DNA of 64,000 nt from Chiloscyllium plagiosum (lineage: Eukaryota), in assembly GCF_004010195.1 (NCBI RefSeq), contig NC_057719.1, positions 18,683,159-18,747,158 of the forward strand, read 5' to 3'. Both the position numbers and the translations under genes were made by a program. Shown piece by piece: positions 62,085 through 64,000 of this stretch; position 1 is the first letter of the stretch, and each line of letters starts with the position of its first letter. A model generated the notes under the pieces. The model was not told the DNA's origin. It ran no database searches and worked only from the letters and a program-made list of their open reading frames with translations.

Positions 62085-62636
62085 GAGACAAAAAATAGAA
62101 ATTGCTGGAAAAGCTCAGCAGGTCTGGCAGCATCTAGAGGGAAATCAAAGTTAATGTTTCGTGTTGAGTTCTAAGGAAGGGTCACGTGACTCGAAACGTT
62201 AATTCTGATTTCTCTCCACAGATGCTGCTAGACGTTTTTAGATTAGATTCGATTCGATTACTTACAGTGTGGAAACAGGCACTTCGGCCCAACAAGTCCA
62301 CACCGACCCTCCGAAGAGCAACCCAGCCAGAACCATTCCCCTGCATTTACCCCTTTACCTAACACTATGGAGAAATTTAGCATGGCCAATTCACCCAACC
62401 TGCACATTTTTGGACTGTGAGAGGAAACCGGAGCACCTGGAGGAAACCCACGCGGACACGGGGAGAATATACAAACTCCACACAGACAGTTGCCTGAGGT
62501 GGGAATTGAACCTGGATCTCTGGCGCTGTGAGGCAGCAGTGCTAACCACTGTGCCACCGTGCTGTCCTGCTGAGCTTTTCCAGCAATTTCTATTTTCGTC
62601 CCTGATTTACAGGATCTGCAGTTCTTTCGGTTTTTT
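62085..62636. mobile_element. PLE family D hairpin with a young HE1 SINE (62240-62566, -) inserted in its right arm
   Basis: Arms AAATAGAAATTGCTGGAAAAGCTCAGCAGG and CCTGCTGAGCTTTTCCAGCAATTTCTATTT; SINE complete with head and tail. Confidence 0.9.
62168..62203 (+). ncRNA. Minimal hammerhead motif, family D, one core substitution
   Basis: GTT-CTAAGGA-A-GGGTC-ACGT-GACTC-GAA-ACGT-T-AAT. Confidence 0.55.
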
Positions 62637-64000
62637 ACCCATTATGTGAGATCCTGGGAATGGCAAAAAAAAACCCTTCAATCGATTTGGGAAAAACTCC
62701 AGAAAACACTCTCAAGCTTTGTAAAAGTGGGTTATTCAAGATTGTCATGCAAACTGACAGACATATTCTCAAATACCCAACTATTTTCTATAAACATATG
62801 CATTCTCTTATTTTTGTATTTTTTTTATTGGGCATCACTGGCAAAGGCAGCAAACATTGTGACCCTGAATGTTCTTTTGAAGGTGTGGAGAACCGCTGTC
62901 TTGAACCACTGTAGCTGTTGTATGTTAATGGCTTCCAATTTCAATTTTTGTAACATTGATAAAATAAAATAAGTCTTCAAAATGAAGTTTATTCACGTTT
63001 AGCTCCTCTCTTGGCTCGCAGTTATTTCGAAAAAATTCTGCTTACACTAGCTTTTATATGCTAGAAAGATTCTCAGCAAATTCCATCAACGATGCTGACA
63101 CAAAAACATGTATAAATTTCAAGGGTAAGCGTGGTCCTGGATTTTCTGGCCCATGGTACGCAGGAGCTTTCAACAATCTTGTTAGTTCAACTGTGCATGT
63201 TGATCCAGCACTTTTGCAGTACAGGGCTCAATGCATCCTGTTCATCATCATCATTCATTGTTTGAACAAAATATTCAAATTAATTCAGATGAAATGGAGA
63301 AGAAATCAAAAGGGTGTCAATTACAATTCTTTGTAACTGATTGATTTTTAAAGAGGTACTAATAGCAAAACTCGCTCTCTAACAGGTGAACAACTGAACT
63401 GTTGGTGAATGGGCTTCTGATTGGGTTTATGAATTTCTCCTTGCAAGCATTAACATTTGAAGAACCCTCTCATCTGGGGCTGAGCAAAAATAAATCAATT
63501 AACCTTCAGAGTGCCTTTCGGTAAGCTGCCTTGTTTCAGTGAAACTATCTACTCTACTGAGACAGCCAGTGACAGATCTTGTCCTTTTCCACTTCGCTCA
63601 CAGACAATAAGCTGAAGGACTTGACTTGTGGATGAACCTCTGCAGCCCAGTCAACATTCAATAATTACGAAGCGAGAAGTATGAAGAGACCAGTTATAGA
63701 AACCACCATTCAACACGGGTCAGGAAAAGATAAAGAAAAAAAGAGATGGGACAATTAATTGGTTTGCCTTGCAATTGTTCTGTATTAATTGGAGAGTTAG
63801 TAGTTTCCACATTTTATCAAAAACCTAACAACATTACCTTTATGTTCTATGATGATTTTATGCCAAACTTTAGGATTCTGTAGAAACAGCAACGCAGAAA
63901 TAGCCAATTGTGCTGGTGTTTCACCTTGACATTGTTAATGTCATTTTGGTACATCGCTATTTAAATATCAACTGTAGTAATTTCCATGTTAACAAACCCG

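Noticed and set aside
1..64000. CRISPR arrays, prokaryotic operons or defence systems, endogenous viral genes
   Set aside because: No regularly spaced repeat-spacer array and no long intact ORFs; the content is typical vertebrate repeat-rich DNA.

Overview
AT-rich, repeat-dense vertebrate non-coding DNA, almost certainly from a shark or ray. This is inferred from about a dozen HE1-type tRNA-derived SINEs and many CR1/HER1-type LINE 3' ends. I can support no intact protein-coding gene; most ORFs in the track that I could trace read through repeats or the N-gap at 15740-16345. Contents: two decayed histone H2B pseudogenes (one missed by the ORF track); three, possibly four, fossil two-gene PIF/Harbinger transposons; many CR1 fragments; Deu-domain SINEs; a Rex1/Babar 3' end; a MITE; many Penelope-like (PLE) remnants; and one plausible pair of small + strand exons near 4.4-4.6 kb. 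Most notable signal: four distinct PLE-derived short or hairpin families each carry a minimal hammerhead-ribozyme motif with covarying stems, and their truncation/inversion breakpoints sit repeatedly at the ribozyme's 5' edge. There are also several local templated duplications (77, 91 and 118 bp direct; 72 bp inverted). Repeat family names come from recognition, not a database search, and boundaries of old repeats are approximate.
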